From: a virus
DNA: 64,000 bases
Strand: one strand, 5' to 3'
IMG/VR virus record: IMGVR_UViG_3300020042_011666
Span: 1-64,000 of that record
A program made the translations under genes and the position numbers. This document shows positions 28,779-37,339 of the stretch, one piece after another. The notes under the pieces were generated by a model. The model worked only from the letters and a program-made list of their open reading frames with translations. It made no database searches and was not told where the DNA came from. Positions within the stretch are counted from its first letter, which is position 1. Every line of letters begins with the position of its first letter.

Positions 28779-29586
28779 GCTTGCTTAAAACGTTTTTAAC
28801 ATGTTCAACTACTTGCTCCCAAGCTACCGGACCACCTTCGTCAGCGTACTGAACTGGATCTTTTCTTTGTAGCTTAATGAATGCTTCTACTCTCTCTACT
28901 GAGGATGCTGACTTGTAATCAGAGTACCACTTACCGTTGATCTGGATTGGCTTATAAGAGGTGTTAGTCTTTTCGTAAACAGAATCAAAGTCAATATGCA
29001 TTTTATCGCAGCACTTCTCTCCATCTCTTAAGATTCCAAACTTGGTTGACTTAAGGTAGGGAGTATAGAGGCTTACTTTATCTGCACCCCAGTTACCTGA
29101 TTTAAATGCTTCAAAGTCTGCATCCCTAAATTCTTCCCGGCAGTCTGGATAAATAGCGTGATCGCCAGAATGTATTCCCATTGCAATAACGCATTTAGTA
29201 TTCTTCAGTTCAGAAACTGATAATGCAACTGCTTGAATGATTGAACTGAAGATCTTATTCCTATTCGGAACAACGGTTGCTTTCATATTCTCTTCAGCAT
29301 AATGCCCTTCAGGAACATCAGCACCGCCTGTAACCAAAGTAGAGTTAAGCAATTGAGCTAAACCGTCAAGCTTAATTACCTGGTATCTAATTACTGGGTA
29401 TCCTAAAGGAGTTACTTGGTGATTTAAATATTGAACTAGAGCTTTTGCTCTCTCGAGTTCAACTTTATGTTTCTGACCGTAGTCAAAGGATAGTGCTGTA
29501 ACTTCGTAGCCATCGGCAAGTAGACGTAGTAACAGTGTCGAGGAATCCATTCCCCCGGATAAGCTAAGCACAGCTTGTTTATTCAT
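28765..29586 (-). CDS. queC: 7-cyano-7-deazaguanine synthase
   Basis: SLSGGMDS, FDYGQKH, VPNRN, YPDCR. Confidence 0.93.
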   Translation of the reverse strand: MNKQAVLSLSGGMDSSTLLLRLLADGYEVTALSFDYGQKHKVELERAKALVQYLNHQVTPLGYPVIRYQVIKLDGLAQLLNSTLVTGGADVPEGHYAEENMKATVVPNRNKIFSSIIQAVALSVSELKNTKCVIAMGIHSGDHAIYPDCREEFRDADFEAFKSGNWGADKVSLYTPYLKSTKFGILRDGEKCCDKMHIDFDSVYEKTNTSYKPIQINGKWYSDYKSASSVERVEAFIKLQRKDPVQYADEGGPVAWEQVVEHVKNVLSKHESA

Positions 29587-29604
29587 AATTTTGTTTTGTT
29601 AGCT

Positions 29605-29633
29605 AATTTACGTAATTTTTCTAAATTATTCAA
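29605..29633 (-). promoter_or_regulatory. Bacteroidota-type promoter TTG-N20-TAAATT for queC
   Basis: Motif match. Confidence 0.55.
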
Positions 29634-29723
29634 GTTTATTCGAAAACGGTTTTCCCAAATAGCATCTAATACTTTCTTAATTTCAGCTTCGTAAGCTGAA
29701 CTAATGTCTATTTTTTGCATAGT

Positions 29724-29999
29724 TTAAAGAAGTAAGTCGTCTGGTTCGTTGTAAAGAATCTCTGTGCTTGGCGTAGCTCCTGTGTCAAAATATGCTTCTA
29801 GCCAATATACAGGGTACATTTTAATTTCACCTTTGTATTGTCTGTTAGAAACATTTTTTGTTTGTACCACAATTCCTTCTACGAGAGCTGCTTTAGCTAC
29901 TTCCAATCCTAATTCACGACCAGCAGCTTTGCCTAAAAAGTCGAAGAGTGATTTGAATTCCATACTACTGCTCATCGTCATTGTCCTCCGGGCCTTCAT
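29724..29999 (-). CDS. Hypothetical protein
   Basis: SLFDFLGKAAGRELG...YP..WL..YF; start uncertain. Confidence 0.55.
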   Translation of the reverse strand: MKARRTMTMSSSMEFKSLFDFLGKAAGRELGLEVAKAALVEGIVVQTKNVSNRQYKGEIKMYPVYWLEAYFDTGATPSTEILYNEPDDLLL

Positions 30000-30165
30000 T
30001 AAGAGTGTCTAAGTAGATGAGACCTGATACTACAGCAGAAATTCCATGCCCGAATGCAATCCAAGCGGTTCCTACCCACACTCCTAGAATCATTCCGAGA
30101 ATGTTAGCGACTAAAGAGAAAAGAGCGAATCCTTTCCATAATTTTTTTTGTGTAACCTTATTCAT
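29965..30165 (-). CDS. Small two-TM membrane protein
   Basis: Two hydrophobic segments. Confidence 0.5.
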   Translation of the reverse strand: MNKVTQKKLWKGFALFSLVANILGMILGVWVGTAWIAFGHGISAVVSGLIYLDTLNEGPEDNDDEQ

Positions 30166-30365
30166 TATTTTGTTTTTAATTTTCTTTTCTTTTTTTCCTT
30201 TAAAGAATCTAAATACTCTTTTGAATATTTGTGATCTACGCGGTAAGGTCCGCTGGTAGATACGCTCTTGTCATAATACCAAGTAGATACTATCCCTGTT
30301 TCATTAACATACTCCCGGACATATTTTTCCAAAGGAGCCGGAGGTGGTTTAGAAACGTATGCCAT
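30165..30365 (-). CDS. Hypothetical protein
   Basis: ORF directly downstream of a promoter motif. Confidence 0.55.
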   Translation of the reverse strand: MAYVSKPPPAPLEKYVREYVNETGIVSTWYYDKSVSTSGPYRVDHKYSKEYLDSLKEKKKRKLKTK

Positions 30366-30382
30366 AACTTTTATTATACTTA

Positions 30383-30411
30383 AAGATACGAACTATTAGT
30401 TATATAAGCAA
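30383..30411 (-). promoter_or_regulatory. Bacteroidota-type promoter TTG-N20-TATCTT
   Basis: Motif match. Confidence 0.65.
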
Positions 30412-30558
30412 CTAAAAAATTTCGTAGATTGTATTTGCTTCTTTTTCAGTAACCTTACTTATCAACCTCCACCACGGATTGCTTGACAGTGACTTTGGAA
30501 TTTTGGTTGACCCGTAATTCTTTTTCTTGGTGTTTTTTCTTTGACGATGTATTTTCAT
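30412..30558 (-). CDS. 48-aa basic peptide, copy 1 (not in ORF track)
   Basis: MKIHRQRKNTKKKNYGSTKIPKSLSSNPWWRLISKVTEKEANTIYEIF; paralog at 35933..36079. Confidence 0.7.
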   Translation of the reverse strand: MKIHRQRKNTKKKNYGSTKIPKSLSSNPWWRLISKVTEKEANTIYEIF

Positions 30559-31252
30559 AGATCTTTAAATTTAATTTATCTATAATACATAGTGCCATCT
30601 TTTTGTGTCCTGTAGCGGTCATGTGGCATAAAAAGTCTCCACAATCAGTTTTTGAAATGCAGTGTGTCTCAATGACTACTGCTCCTTTAATAGAATCAAC
30701 AAGGTACTGTTGGAACTTAGCATAACGTTGAGGATAACCTTTATATACATCCCTTCCCTTAGTGTTAATACAAGTCATCGGATCAAATCCGGTAATAACA
30801 ATTGGAGTTACTCCATGTCGGTTGCACATATTAACAATTGCCTGAATGTTCTTAACTGATTTCATAGGCGGTCTGTTACCAGCCATGTCATTAGCACCTC
30901 CGTAAATAAAGCAGTAATCAAAGTACTCAGTTACTTTTGCTCTTGCCTGTTCAACCATCCATGCTGTTTGCTTTCCACCAACAGCAGTATTCAAATAAGT
31001 CATCTTAGTCTTCTTGCAAAGCTGATGCTGCCATCCGTAATCAGCTGCCGAATGCGAGTCTCCTATGAACAAAGCCTTCTTTCCTTTAACTGAAATGACT
31101 GTATCTTGTTTGACTGTATCCTGCTTGATAGTATCTACTTGAGGTAGTTCGCCCCAGGCTAAAGGATCTCTAATAACAGGTTTTGATTCTACTACCACCC
31201 ATCCCACTATCAGGCTCAGGATTGTTAGCATAAGTGCGTCTTTAATTCTCAT
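30455..31252 (-). CDS. Membrane-anchored SGNH/GDSL hydrolase, copy 1
   Basis: N-terminal TM; IGDSH, GANDM, DFLCH. Confidence 0.85.
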   Translation of the reverse strand: MRIKDALMLTILSLIVGWVVVESKPVIRDPLAWGELPQVDTIKQDTVKQDTVISVKGKKALFIGDSHSAADYGWQHQLCKKTKMTYLNTAVGGKQTAWMVEQARAKVTEYFDYCFIYGGANDMAGNRPPMKSVKNIQAIVNMCNRHGVTPIVITGFDPMTCINTKGRDVYKGYPQRYAKFQQYLVDSIKGAVVIETHCISKTDCGDFLCHMTATGHKKMALCIIDKLNLKIYENTSSKKKHQEKELRVNQNSKVTVKQSVVEVDK

Positions 31253-31674
31253 TTCTGTATTTTAATTAAGTATCCTTCCGGAACTGATTTAAATTCTTCA
31301 GCAATCATTCCTTTAAATGATTCGTCAAACATTCCCATATCATATCCTGAATGTAGATAAGGTCCGCCTGAGGGATCGATCATATCAATTTTAGTTTGAT
31401 CTGAATAAACTAAACCTCGGTATTTTTTAGATAATGGAGTTGATTCAAATGTTTTCTTATCGTATTCGTGAACGGCTTCCTTAAACTCACCTAGAGTCAT
31501 TCGTTCATCAGTATCAACATCGGCACAATAGGCTTCATAAGCTCTATTATAAACGTTAGGCCACCCGCATCGCATCCATTTAAACTCTCCTTCAAACAGA
31601 ATATCTCCTCCGTCAGTTTTACTGAATGTATAGATGTCCCGGTACCGGTTTTCAAATTCTATTTTATTTTCCAT
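31249..31674 (-). CDS. Hypothetical protein
   Basis: NRY...IDMIDPSGGPYL. Confidence 0.55.
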   Translation of the reverse strand: MENKIEFENRYRDIYTFSKTDGGDILFEGEFKWMRCGWPNVYNRAYEAYCADVDTDERMTLGEFKEAVHEYDKKTFESTPLSKKYRGLVYSDQTKIDMIDPSGGPYLHSGYDMGMFDESFKGMIAEEFKSVPEGYLIKIQK

Positions 31675-31966
31675 CTTTGTTATATTCTTCCCAGTTAGAA
31701 TAAGTTAAACCCCATTGAAGGCAAAACCATTGCATTTCACGCTCTGCTGATTTAGCATATGTCCTTAAATTCTTCATAAGGTATTTCTTACCCCACTTCT
31801 TAAATTCTTCTCCTTGCTCAACAGTCATTGAGTATTCTTGAAACCATTTCTCTTTACCTAAAATATCCTCGTAGGTTACTTTATGACCGGCAATAATAAA
31901 CATTTGGTTAATTAAATCAATAACCGCCTGTTCTTTTTTCTCTTCTTTACTTAATCGTTTTACCAT
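31664..31966 (-). CDS. Hypothetical protein
   Basis: ORF downstream of a promoter motif. Confidence 0.55.
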   Translation of the reverse strand: MVKRLSKEEKKEQAVIDLINQMFIIAGHKVTYEDILGKEKWFQEYSMTVEQGEEFKKWGKKYLMKNLRTYAKSAEREMQWFCLQWGLTYSNWEEYNKDGK

Positions 31967-31972
31967 ATCCTT

Positions 31973-32001
31973 AATATACGAATAATCTTTCAGAATTCCA
32001 A
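31973..32001 (-). promoter_or_regulatory. Bacteroidota-type promoter TTG-N20-TATATT
   Basis: Motif match. Confidence 0.65.
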
Positions 32002-32002
32002 C

Positions 32003-32428
32003 TCAATCCCACCATTCTTCAATCCTATCGTTCATTATTTTGAACAATAAACGTTTAGCTTTATTGTGTTTGTTTATGTACTTGTCAATCATTTCGTAAG
32101 TTATTTTTTCATTCTTACTGTGCATTTCATCATAGTAATCCTCGTTTTGTATTTTATTAATCAGTCTAACACAGGTCATCATTCGTTCAGCATCACGCTG
32201 GGCATCGTTATGAAAACCAACATGAGCTAAATGTTTAGCTTGTTTCTCTAATTTAAATTTTAATAGCTGGAAAATATAATGATGATCCCAGTCTCTATCT
32301 TTCCAAATGATCCAAAACCATTTATACAAGTTTTTAACTCCGTACTTAGTATATTTGTACTGGTAAGGTAGTTCCCATCTCAACCAGCGGTATAGACGCC
32401 AGTACCATTCATTATATTCTTCGTTCAT
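32003..32428 (-). CDS. Hypothetical Trp-rich phage protein
   Basis: WKDRDWD...WWD. Confidence 0.55.
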   Translation of the reverse strand: MNEEYNEWYWRLYRWLRWELPYQYKYTKYGVKNLYKWFWIIWKDRDWDHHYIFQLLKFKLEKQAKHLAHVGFHNDAQRDAERMMTCVRLINKIQNEDYYDEMHSKNEKITYEMIDKYINKHNKAKRLLFKIMNDRIEEWWD

Positions 32429-32612
32429 AATTTAAACTTTTAAAGTACGTTTAATTTTTCAAGTTTGTCTTCTACTTTACTGTAGACAGAAAGAATTCCT
32501 TTATCAAATGTTTCTACAAATATGTATCCTATATTGACTATAAGTCCTACAAATCCTAAGAAAAATAGACAAAGTAATAGAATTAATTTAAAAATAAATA
32601 ATGATAATGTTT

Positions 32613-32960
32613 TCATAACTTAAATAATTCGTATACGCTATTACCTGTTTTAAATTTAAGATAATTTTCTTTCTGTTCATAGATTTCTGTAATAGTAGTT
32701 GTCTGCCAAGTAAAGTAAGCATTAAAAGGAGACATAAGTAATCCACGTCCTATAGCAGGCTCATCATGTTTCTCTTTAAAGTTACCATTTTCATCAAACT
32801 CTAACCAAAGAATTTCTTTAGACTGATTAACTAAGCCATCACGTTCTCTAACTAATTTCCAGTTAAATTCGTTTTCAATTACTCCTTGCTCAACAGCAAT
32901 TTTGAAGACATTATCCTCAGTTAGGATCATCGGTATTCTAGTTTGTTTAATCTTACTCAT
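32613..32960 (-). CDS. Hypothetical protein
   Basis: Full ORF in the small-gene array. Confidence 0.5.
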   Translation of the reverse strand: MSKIKQTRIPMILTEDNVFKIAVEQGVIENEFNWKLVRERDGLVNQSKEILWLEFDENGNFKEKHDEPAIGRGLLMSPFNAYFTWQTTTITEIYEQKENYLKFKTGNSVYELFKL

Positions 32961-33195
32961 ATGATTTGTGTTTAAGTATAAATTTAAGACATCCTTTCCA
33001 AATTAATAATATACAATACCATTTAGGTAACCACCCTGCCATGTAAGGTTCTGTTTTAGTTAGAACATAGAAGTGATTTCCAAACTCAATAGTAGCCAAT
33101 TCACCTCTTGCTCTAAAATAAAAGGCTTGCTTTAAGAACCAACCTTCTGCCTGTACCGGGCAATTACCTGACGGTTTATATTTCCATTTAATCAT
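32953..33195 (-). CDS. Hypothetical protein
   Basis: CPVQAEG...FYFRARG. Confidence 0.5.
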   Translation of the reverse strand: MIKWKYKPSGNCPVQAEGWFLKQAFYFRARGELATIEFGNHFYVLTKTEPYMAGWLPKWYCILLIWKGCLKFILKHKSYE

Positions 33196-33374
33196 TCTAG
33201 AGTAAATTTACTATTTAGACCTTCCTTTATTCTTGCTAATTCTAACTTATCACTCATCTCTTCATAGATCTCATCAAAACCTTCCCCACTCTCTTTTGAG
33301 AGTTTGTATTGCTCCTCAGTAAGTTCTACTTCGTAGATGCGTTCAGTTCTTTCTATCTTAATTAATTTAGGCAT
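33192..33374 (-). CDS. Hypothetical protein
   Basis: Tightly packed ORF. Confidence 0.45.
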   Translation of the reverse strand: MPKLIKIERTERIYEVELTEEQYKLSKESGEGFDEIYEEMSDKLELARIKEGLNSKFTLE

Positions 33375-33378
33375 AATT

Positions 33379-33702
33379 TTAGTTTATTTTATCTTGCTCA
33401 TCTTTCATTTCATTATAATTGTCCATCTCACTTTCCTCCTCCATTTTATTATAGTCAATAATGGATTGTTCATCATCTTTAGGATAAAATGTAACACTAC
33501 ATGTATTATGATCTCCCCAAAGTATCTTTGATAACCCAGTTAGGACTGGTTTTTCGTCATTATTAAGGAGTTGGGATTTAAGTTTGTTGATTTCATCTAT
33601 CACATCATCACCTAATTCTATTTTGGATAGCACAGTTAATTGCGTAATTTGACCCTCATATAGATCAATTAGGTTTTTTAAGATTTCTTTATTAATACTC
33701 AT
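33379..33702 (-). CDS. Hypothetical protein
   Basis: Tightly packed ORF. Confidence 0.45.
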   Translation of the reverse strand: MSINKEILKNLIDLYEGQITQLTVLSKIELGDDVIDEINKLKSQLLNNDEKPVLTGLSKILWGDHNTCSVTFYPKDDEQSIIDYNKMEEESEMDNYNEMKDEQDKIN

Positions 33703-34073
33703 TACTTTTCTTCTCCTTGTATTTTTAGTTTGGTCTCTATATGATATTGTATAAATTCTAAAGCCCTCTTGTAACCTTCTGAATAACCATCGGAATAACT
33801 CATTTCCTTTCCTGCGATTTCCATTTCTTTGGCTTGTTCTAAAAGTTCTTTGTGGTTATGAGTTGATGCGTCTGCCGTATTACTAACTACTTTGTTAAGT
33901 TGGTTTGCAAACCACTCCACTGCCGTCTGTTGTTTATCTTTTTCCATAAGTTCTTTTAATTTTTCTTTACGCTCTTTTCTTAGTTGCTCTCGGTTTTCAA
34001 TACGCCATTTGTTTCTTGCTATTGCATCCGATTGCTCTGCGTTTTCAAGTAGTTCTTTTATCTTTTCATTCAT
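33702..34073 (-). CDS. QTAVEW-module protein
   Basis: Internal KQQTAVEWF...QAKEME module. Confidence 0.6.
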   Translation of the reverse strand: MNEKIKELLENAEQSDAIARNKWRIENREQLRKERKEKLKELMEKDKQQTAVEWFANQLNKVVSNTADASTHNHKELLEQAKEMEIAGKEMSYSDGYSEGYKRALEFIQYHIETKLKIQGEEK

Positions 34074-34344
34074 TGCTCACCTCCTCCGTAGGTTTCTTGG
34101 TATAAATCTTTTGGACTTTCTACCATTAATAATTCACAGGTATCACTTACCTCAATTTGTTTTATGCAATTGTTCGCAAAATCAATCATCCGCTCCTTCT
34201 CCATTTCTTTGGCTTGTACTTTCAATTCCATATAATCAGATGTATCAATGTTTAATTGAATGTTTCTAATTGATGGAGTTTCTCGCAAATCTCCCTTGTA
34301 TTCAAGTTGTTCAATGAACCACTCCACTGCCGTTTGTTGTTTAT
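33910..34344. repeat. Direct repeats encoding QTAVEW and QAKEME
   Basis: 28 nt with 1 mismatch at 33910-33937 and 34317-34344; 18 nt identical at 33820-33837 and 34200-34217. Confidence 0.8.
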
Positions 34345-34354
34345 TGTTTGTCAT
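34070..34354 (-). CDS. QTAVEW-module protein
   Basis: N-terminal KQQTAVEWF...QAKEME module. Confidence 0.6.
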   Translation of the reverse strand: MTNNKQQTAVEWFIEQLEYKGDLRETPSIRNIQLNIDTSDYMELKVQAKEMEKERMIDFANNCIKQIEVSDTCELLMVESPKDLYQETYGGGEQ

Positions 34355-35021
34355 TTCCTAAGTTTAATTCTTGAGCTTGTTCAGTAAGGAAATCTAATTG
34401 CTTATCTCGATTCTCTTTTTCGGCTTCTAGTTTCTCTAATTGCTTATTAAATCTTTCAACACTACCCCAAATAATAGAAGCATTAGGATCTATTGCTAAA
34501 ATTTGTTCAACTAGCTCTTCTTGTGCACCTCTAGAATAAAACCCACCTTCAATATCCTCAGCTAGGTCTTGTAAGTGCTTAGGTGCATGAATTGAAATAC
34601 GTAGATCATAAGCTTCCCATTTAGTCTTCCAATCTACAAAGGCAATGCCCTTAGTTAGATTACGTAGTAAGTCATGCAAAGTCCAGTTACGGACTCTTAC
34701 AATGGATTTATCACTACCAAACACATGTAGGAAGCGTAGAAACCACCTTGGGCAGAATTTAGGCTTAGCTTCATAGTCCATAGCAAGTACTAATGGATAA
34801 AGAGCATTAAAATAAACACCTCCTTCATCCCATATTTGTGTTCCTAAATACCCATACTTCTCAAATCCTTTAGGAAAGAATATGAAACGGAAATCATCTA
34901 ACTCTATGTTACGAGTATAAATCCTTCCTTTACTGCGTCCTCTCCAGAATAATATACCATACTTGATATTATCTAAACGCTCTTTAAGCGTTGGTGCTTT
35001 ATAAAATTTACTTTTTACCAT
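34341..35021 (-). CDS. Hypothetical protein
   Basis: 226-aa ORF, coupled to both neighbours. Confidence 0.55.
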   Translation of the reverse strand: MVKSKFYKAPTLKERLDNIKYGILFWRGRSKGRIYTRNIELDDFRFIFFPKGFEKYGYLGTQIWDEGGVYFNALYPLVLAMDYEAKPKFCPRWFLRFLHVFGSDKSIVRVRNWTLHDLLRNLTKGIAFVDWKTKWEAYDLRISIHAPKHLQDLAEDIEGGFYSRGAQEELVEQILAIDPNASIIWGSVERFNKQLEKLEAEKENRDKQLDFLTEQAQELNLGNDKQ

Positions 35022-35287
35022 TGACTTAGAGTATAAATTAGCTTAGCAACTTCACCTGCTGGCTGGTGAGACATAACGTCTGAGCTATGTTCAATTTCGA
35101 TCCACTTACCCTCATTAAATATAAACCAATTGCCTTTATTGTCCCAAGCAGCCACTTCTGCTGTTGTTTTACCCCCATCACTATAGGTGTGTTTACCGAA
35201 TTGAATACTAATTGTACAACCGTTTTCGAATGTCATTTGAAAACCGTCATGGTATCCTATTTCTATTGTTGTTTTAAATGCTTTCAT
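35015..35287 (-). CDS. Hypothetical protein
   Basis: GFQMTFENGCTISIQFG...AEVA. Confidence 0.55.
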   Translation of the reverse strand: MKAFKTTIEIGYHDGFQMTFENGCTISIQFGKHTYSDGGKTTAEVAAWDNKGNWFIFNEGKWIEIEHSSDVMSHQPAGEVAKLIYTLSQW

Positions 35288-35290
35288 ATT

Positions 35291-35476
35291 TTAATACCAA
35301 TTTTCATTTATTACTACGTGACTATATCTAATGTTATCCCACTTATCTCTACACCATACTTTAACTTCATTGTAAACAACATTTTTACCATATTGATAAC
35401 CTACTACCTCATATTGGTCGGCAATACCTTTCAATTGGTTCCATTTTGTTTTACTAACTTTATTAAATTTTACCAT
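35291..35476 (-). CDS. Hypothetical protein
   Basis: Short ORF with AGTT-ATG start context. Confidence 0.45.
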   Translation of the reverse strand: MVKFNKVSKTKWNQLKGIADQYEVVGYQYGKNVVYNEVKVWCRDKWDNIRYSHVVINENWY

Positions 35477-35526
35477 AACTTTTATTTGTGTAAATATACA
35501 CTACCTTATTTAAAGGTCTAGGATAA

Positions 35527-35925
35527 TTATTTAGAGGATAATTCTACTATTAAATTTCGTTTGCAGGTAAGAGCCCATTTATTAGCTTTATCCTCGGCTG
35601 CTCTCTCATATGGATTATCATAATAATGTTTAGAACGAGCAGCATACTTATCATAGTTTTTAGATATGTTTTGAGTATAATGAGTGTATTCGTGGATAAT
35701 AGTTCTAATTAGATCAAGTATGGATTTATGAGGTTGTAAGAAGATGTGTATTTCATTATTATCTTCATCAAAATATCCATACATTTTATTTTCATCTATT
35801 TTTTTATGGCACACCAATTTAGGAAATGTATCGTGAAACTTAGAGACCCCCCATTTATTCTTACACCATTCAAATGCTAGAATAACGGTTTTGCGGTCAA
35901 AGTTTAGTGTGCTCTTTTTTACCAT
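35527..35925 (-). CDS. Small HExxH zinc metallopeptidase-like protein
   Basis: TIIHEYTH...NPYERAA. Confidence 0.7.
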   Translation of the reverse strand: MVKKSTLNFDRKTVILAFEWCKNKWGVSKFHDTFPKLVCHKKIDENKMYGYFDEDNNEIHIFLQPHKSILDLIRTIIHEYTHYTQNISKNYDKYAARSKHYYDNPYERAAEDKANKWALTCKRNLIVELSSK

Positions 35926-35932
35926 TTTTATC

Positions 35933-36079
35933 TTAAAATGCTTTATATACAGATTGTTCTTCGTTTCTTGTTACTTTACAAATTAGTCTCCACCCAGCAT
36001 TATTTGATAATGACAATGGGATAATGGATGAGCCGAATTTCTTCTTTTTAGCGTTTTTTCGTTGACGAGGAATTTTCAT
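35933..36079 (-). CDS. 48-aa basic peptide, copy 2 (not in ORF track)
   Basis: MKIPRQRKNAKKKKFGSSIIPLSLSNNAGWRLICKVTRNEEQSVYKAF. Confidence 0.7.
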   Translation of the reverse strand: MKIPRQRKNAKKKKFGSSIIPLSLSNNAGWRLICKVTRNEEQSVYKAF

Positions 36080-36773
36080 ATGTTTTTAATTTTAATTTGT
36101 CTATAATACATAGTGCCATTTTTTTATGGCCTGATGATGTCATGTGGCATAAAAAATCACCGCAATCCGTTCTTGATATACAGTGTGTTTGAACAACAGT
36201 AGCCCCATGAATAGAGTCAACTAATAGTTGTTGAAATTTAGTATAGCGTTGTGGATAACCTTGATATGCTTGTCGTGTACCAATATTAATACAAGTTACA
36301 GGATCAAATCCAGTAATTATAATAGGTGTAACAGCAAATTTATGGCATATATTCACAATTGCCTGGATGTTTTTAACTGACTTTATTGGTGGGCGATTAC
36401 TAGCCATATCATTTGCCCCACCATATATAAAGCAATAGTCGAAATATTCATTTATTTTCAATTTAGCCTCTTGTAACATCCATGCTGTTTGTTTACCACC
36501 AACAGCCGTATTTAAATAAGTCATTTTGGTTTTTTTACATAATTGGTGTTGCCATCCATAATCGGCGGCTGTGTGTGAATCACCAATAAACAATACTTTT
36601 TTGCCTTTAACATCATTAATTACCGGTTGAGGTATAATAGTATCTGTTTTGGCAGGAGTAAAATGAGAATGTTTTACCGGTGAGGCTTGAACGCTCATCA
36701 CATAAACAGATAAAATACCAAAAATAATACATATTATCAATAAGATAATTACATCAGTGTGTTTAGTTTTCAT
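36048..36773 (-). CDS. Membrane-anchored SGNH/GDSL hydrolase, copy 2
   Basis: IGDSH, GANDM, DFLCH; start moved to MKTKH because the upstream in-frame part is the tRNA. Confidence 0.85.
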   Translation of the reverse strand: MKTKHTDVIILLIICIIFGILSVYVMSVQASPVKHSHFTPAKTDTIIPQPVINDVKGKKVLFIGDSHTAADYGWQHQLCKKTKMTYLNTAVGGKQTAWMLQEAKLKINEYFDYCFIYGGANDMASNRPPIKSVKNIQAIVNICHKFAVTPIIITGFDPVTCINIGTRQAYQGYPQRYTKFQQLLVDSIHGATVVQTHCISRTDCGDFLCHMTSSGHKKMALCIIDKLKLKTYENSSSTKKR

Positions 36774-36778
36774 GTTTG

Positions 36779-36864
36779 TACTACTGGCCGGGATCGAACC
36801 GGCACGAGCATTGCTGCCCACAGGATTTTAAGTCCTGCGTGTCTACCTATTCCACCACAGTAGC
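36779..36864 (-). tRNA. tRNA-Leu (TAA)
   Basis: GCTACTG/CAGTAGT acceptor stem, CAGGA-CTTAAAA-TCCTG anticodon arm, long variable arm, GGTTCGATCCC. Confidence 0.93.
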
Positions 36865-36868
36865 ATTT

Positions 36869-37075
36869 TTATACGTCCCACTCATCCGCTCCTACTTGTA
36901 GGCATTCAAGTAGAGAGGCATTGGAAAATTGTTCCTTATGTTTGAACGCTGACCAAATAACTTCCAATTGCACTCCTAATTTATCTGCTTGAGATAGAAT
37001 CTCATCACACTTAGCATTAATCATTGCTTCTTGGTTTGCTTGCTCGTTTAATTCATTCATACTGTGAACATACAA
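36869..37075 (-). CDS. Hypothetical protein
   Basis: Real start probably MNELNE, downstream of promoter 37067-37095. Confidence 0.5.
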   Translation of the reverse strand: MYVHSMNELNEQANQEAMINAKCDEILSQADKLGVQLEVIWSAFKHKEQFSNASLLECLQVGADEWDV

Positions 37076-37095
37076 AAGATTTTTTTGGATACCAA
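37067..37095 (-). promoter_or_regulatory. Bacteroidota-type promoter TTG-N20-TATGTT
   Basis: Motif match. Confidence 0.55.
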
Positions 37096-37096
37096 A

Positions 37097-37270
37097 TTAA
37101 ATTTTTCCTTCTAAGTGGAGAGAATCCATTTGTTTAACCTGATTAAGGTTAATTGAGTCATTTACATCCATTGAATCAGCACATACTGAATCGGTGCATT
37201 CAGTTTTGGTTTCATTTGATGTGCAGGCAAACATTCCTACAGCTGCGATAATTAAAAATACTTTTTTCAT
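37097..37270 (-). CDS. Small lipoprotein (not in ORF track)
   Basis: MKKVFLIIAAVGMFA-C lipobox, 57 aa. Confidence 0.7.
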   Translation of the reverse strand: MKKVFLIIAAVGMFACTSNETKTECTDSVCADSMDVNDSINLNQVKQMDSLHLEGKI

Positions 37271-37281
37271 ATAATATGTTT

Positions 37282-37310
37282 AACATACAAAAGAGAGCCT
37301 AGAATTCCAA
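37282..37310 (-). promoter_or_regulatory. Bacteroidota-type promoter TTG-N20-TATGTT
   Basis: Motif match inside the terminator hairpin. Confidence 0.55.
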
Positions 37311-37319
37311 GCTCTCTTT
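37289..37319 (-). terminator. Rho-independent terminator ending the lysis operon
   Basis: Minus strand AAAGAGAGCTTGG-AATT-CTAGGCTCTCTTTT hairpin, G-U pairs valid on minus. Confidence 0.65.
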
Positions 37320-37339
37320 AAAAAAATAGATAGAATTTG

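Noticed and set aside
36774-36821. N-terminal extension MGSNARAGSIPASSTN of SGNH copy 2
   Set aside because: It is a read-through of tRNA-Leu; the start at 36773 is preferred
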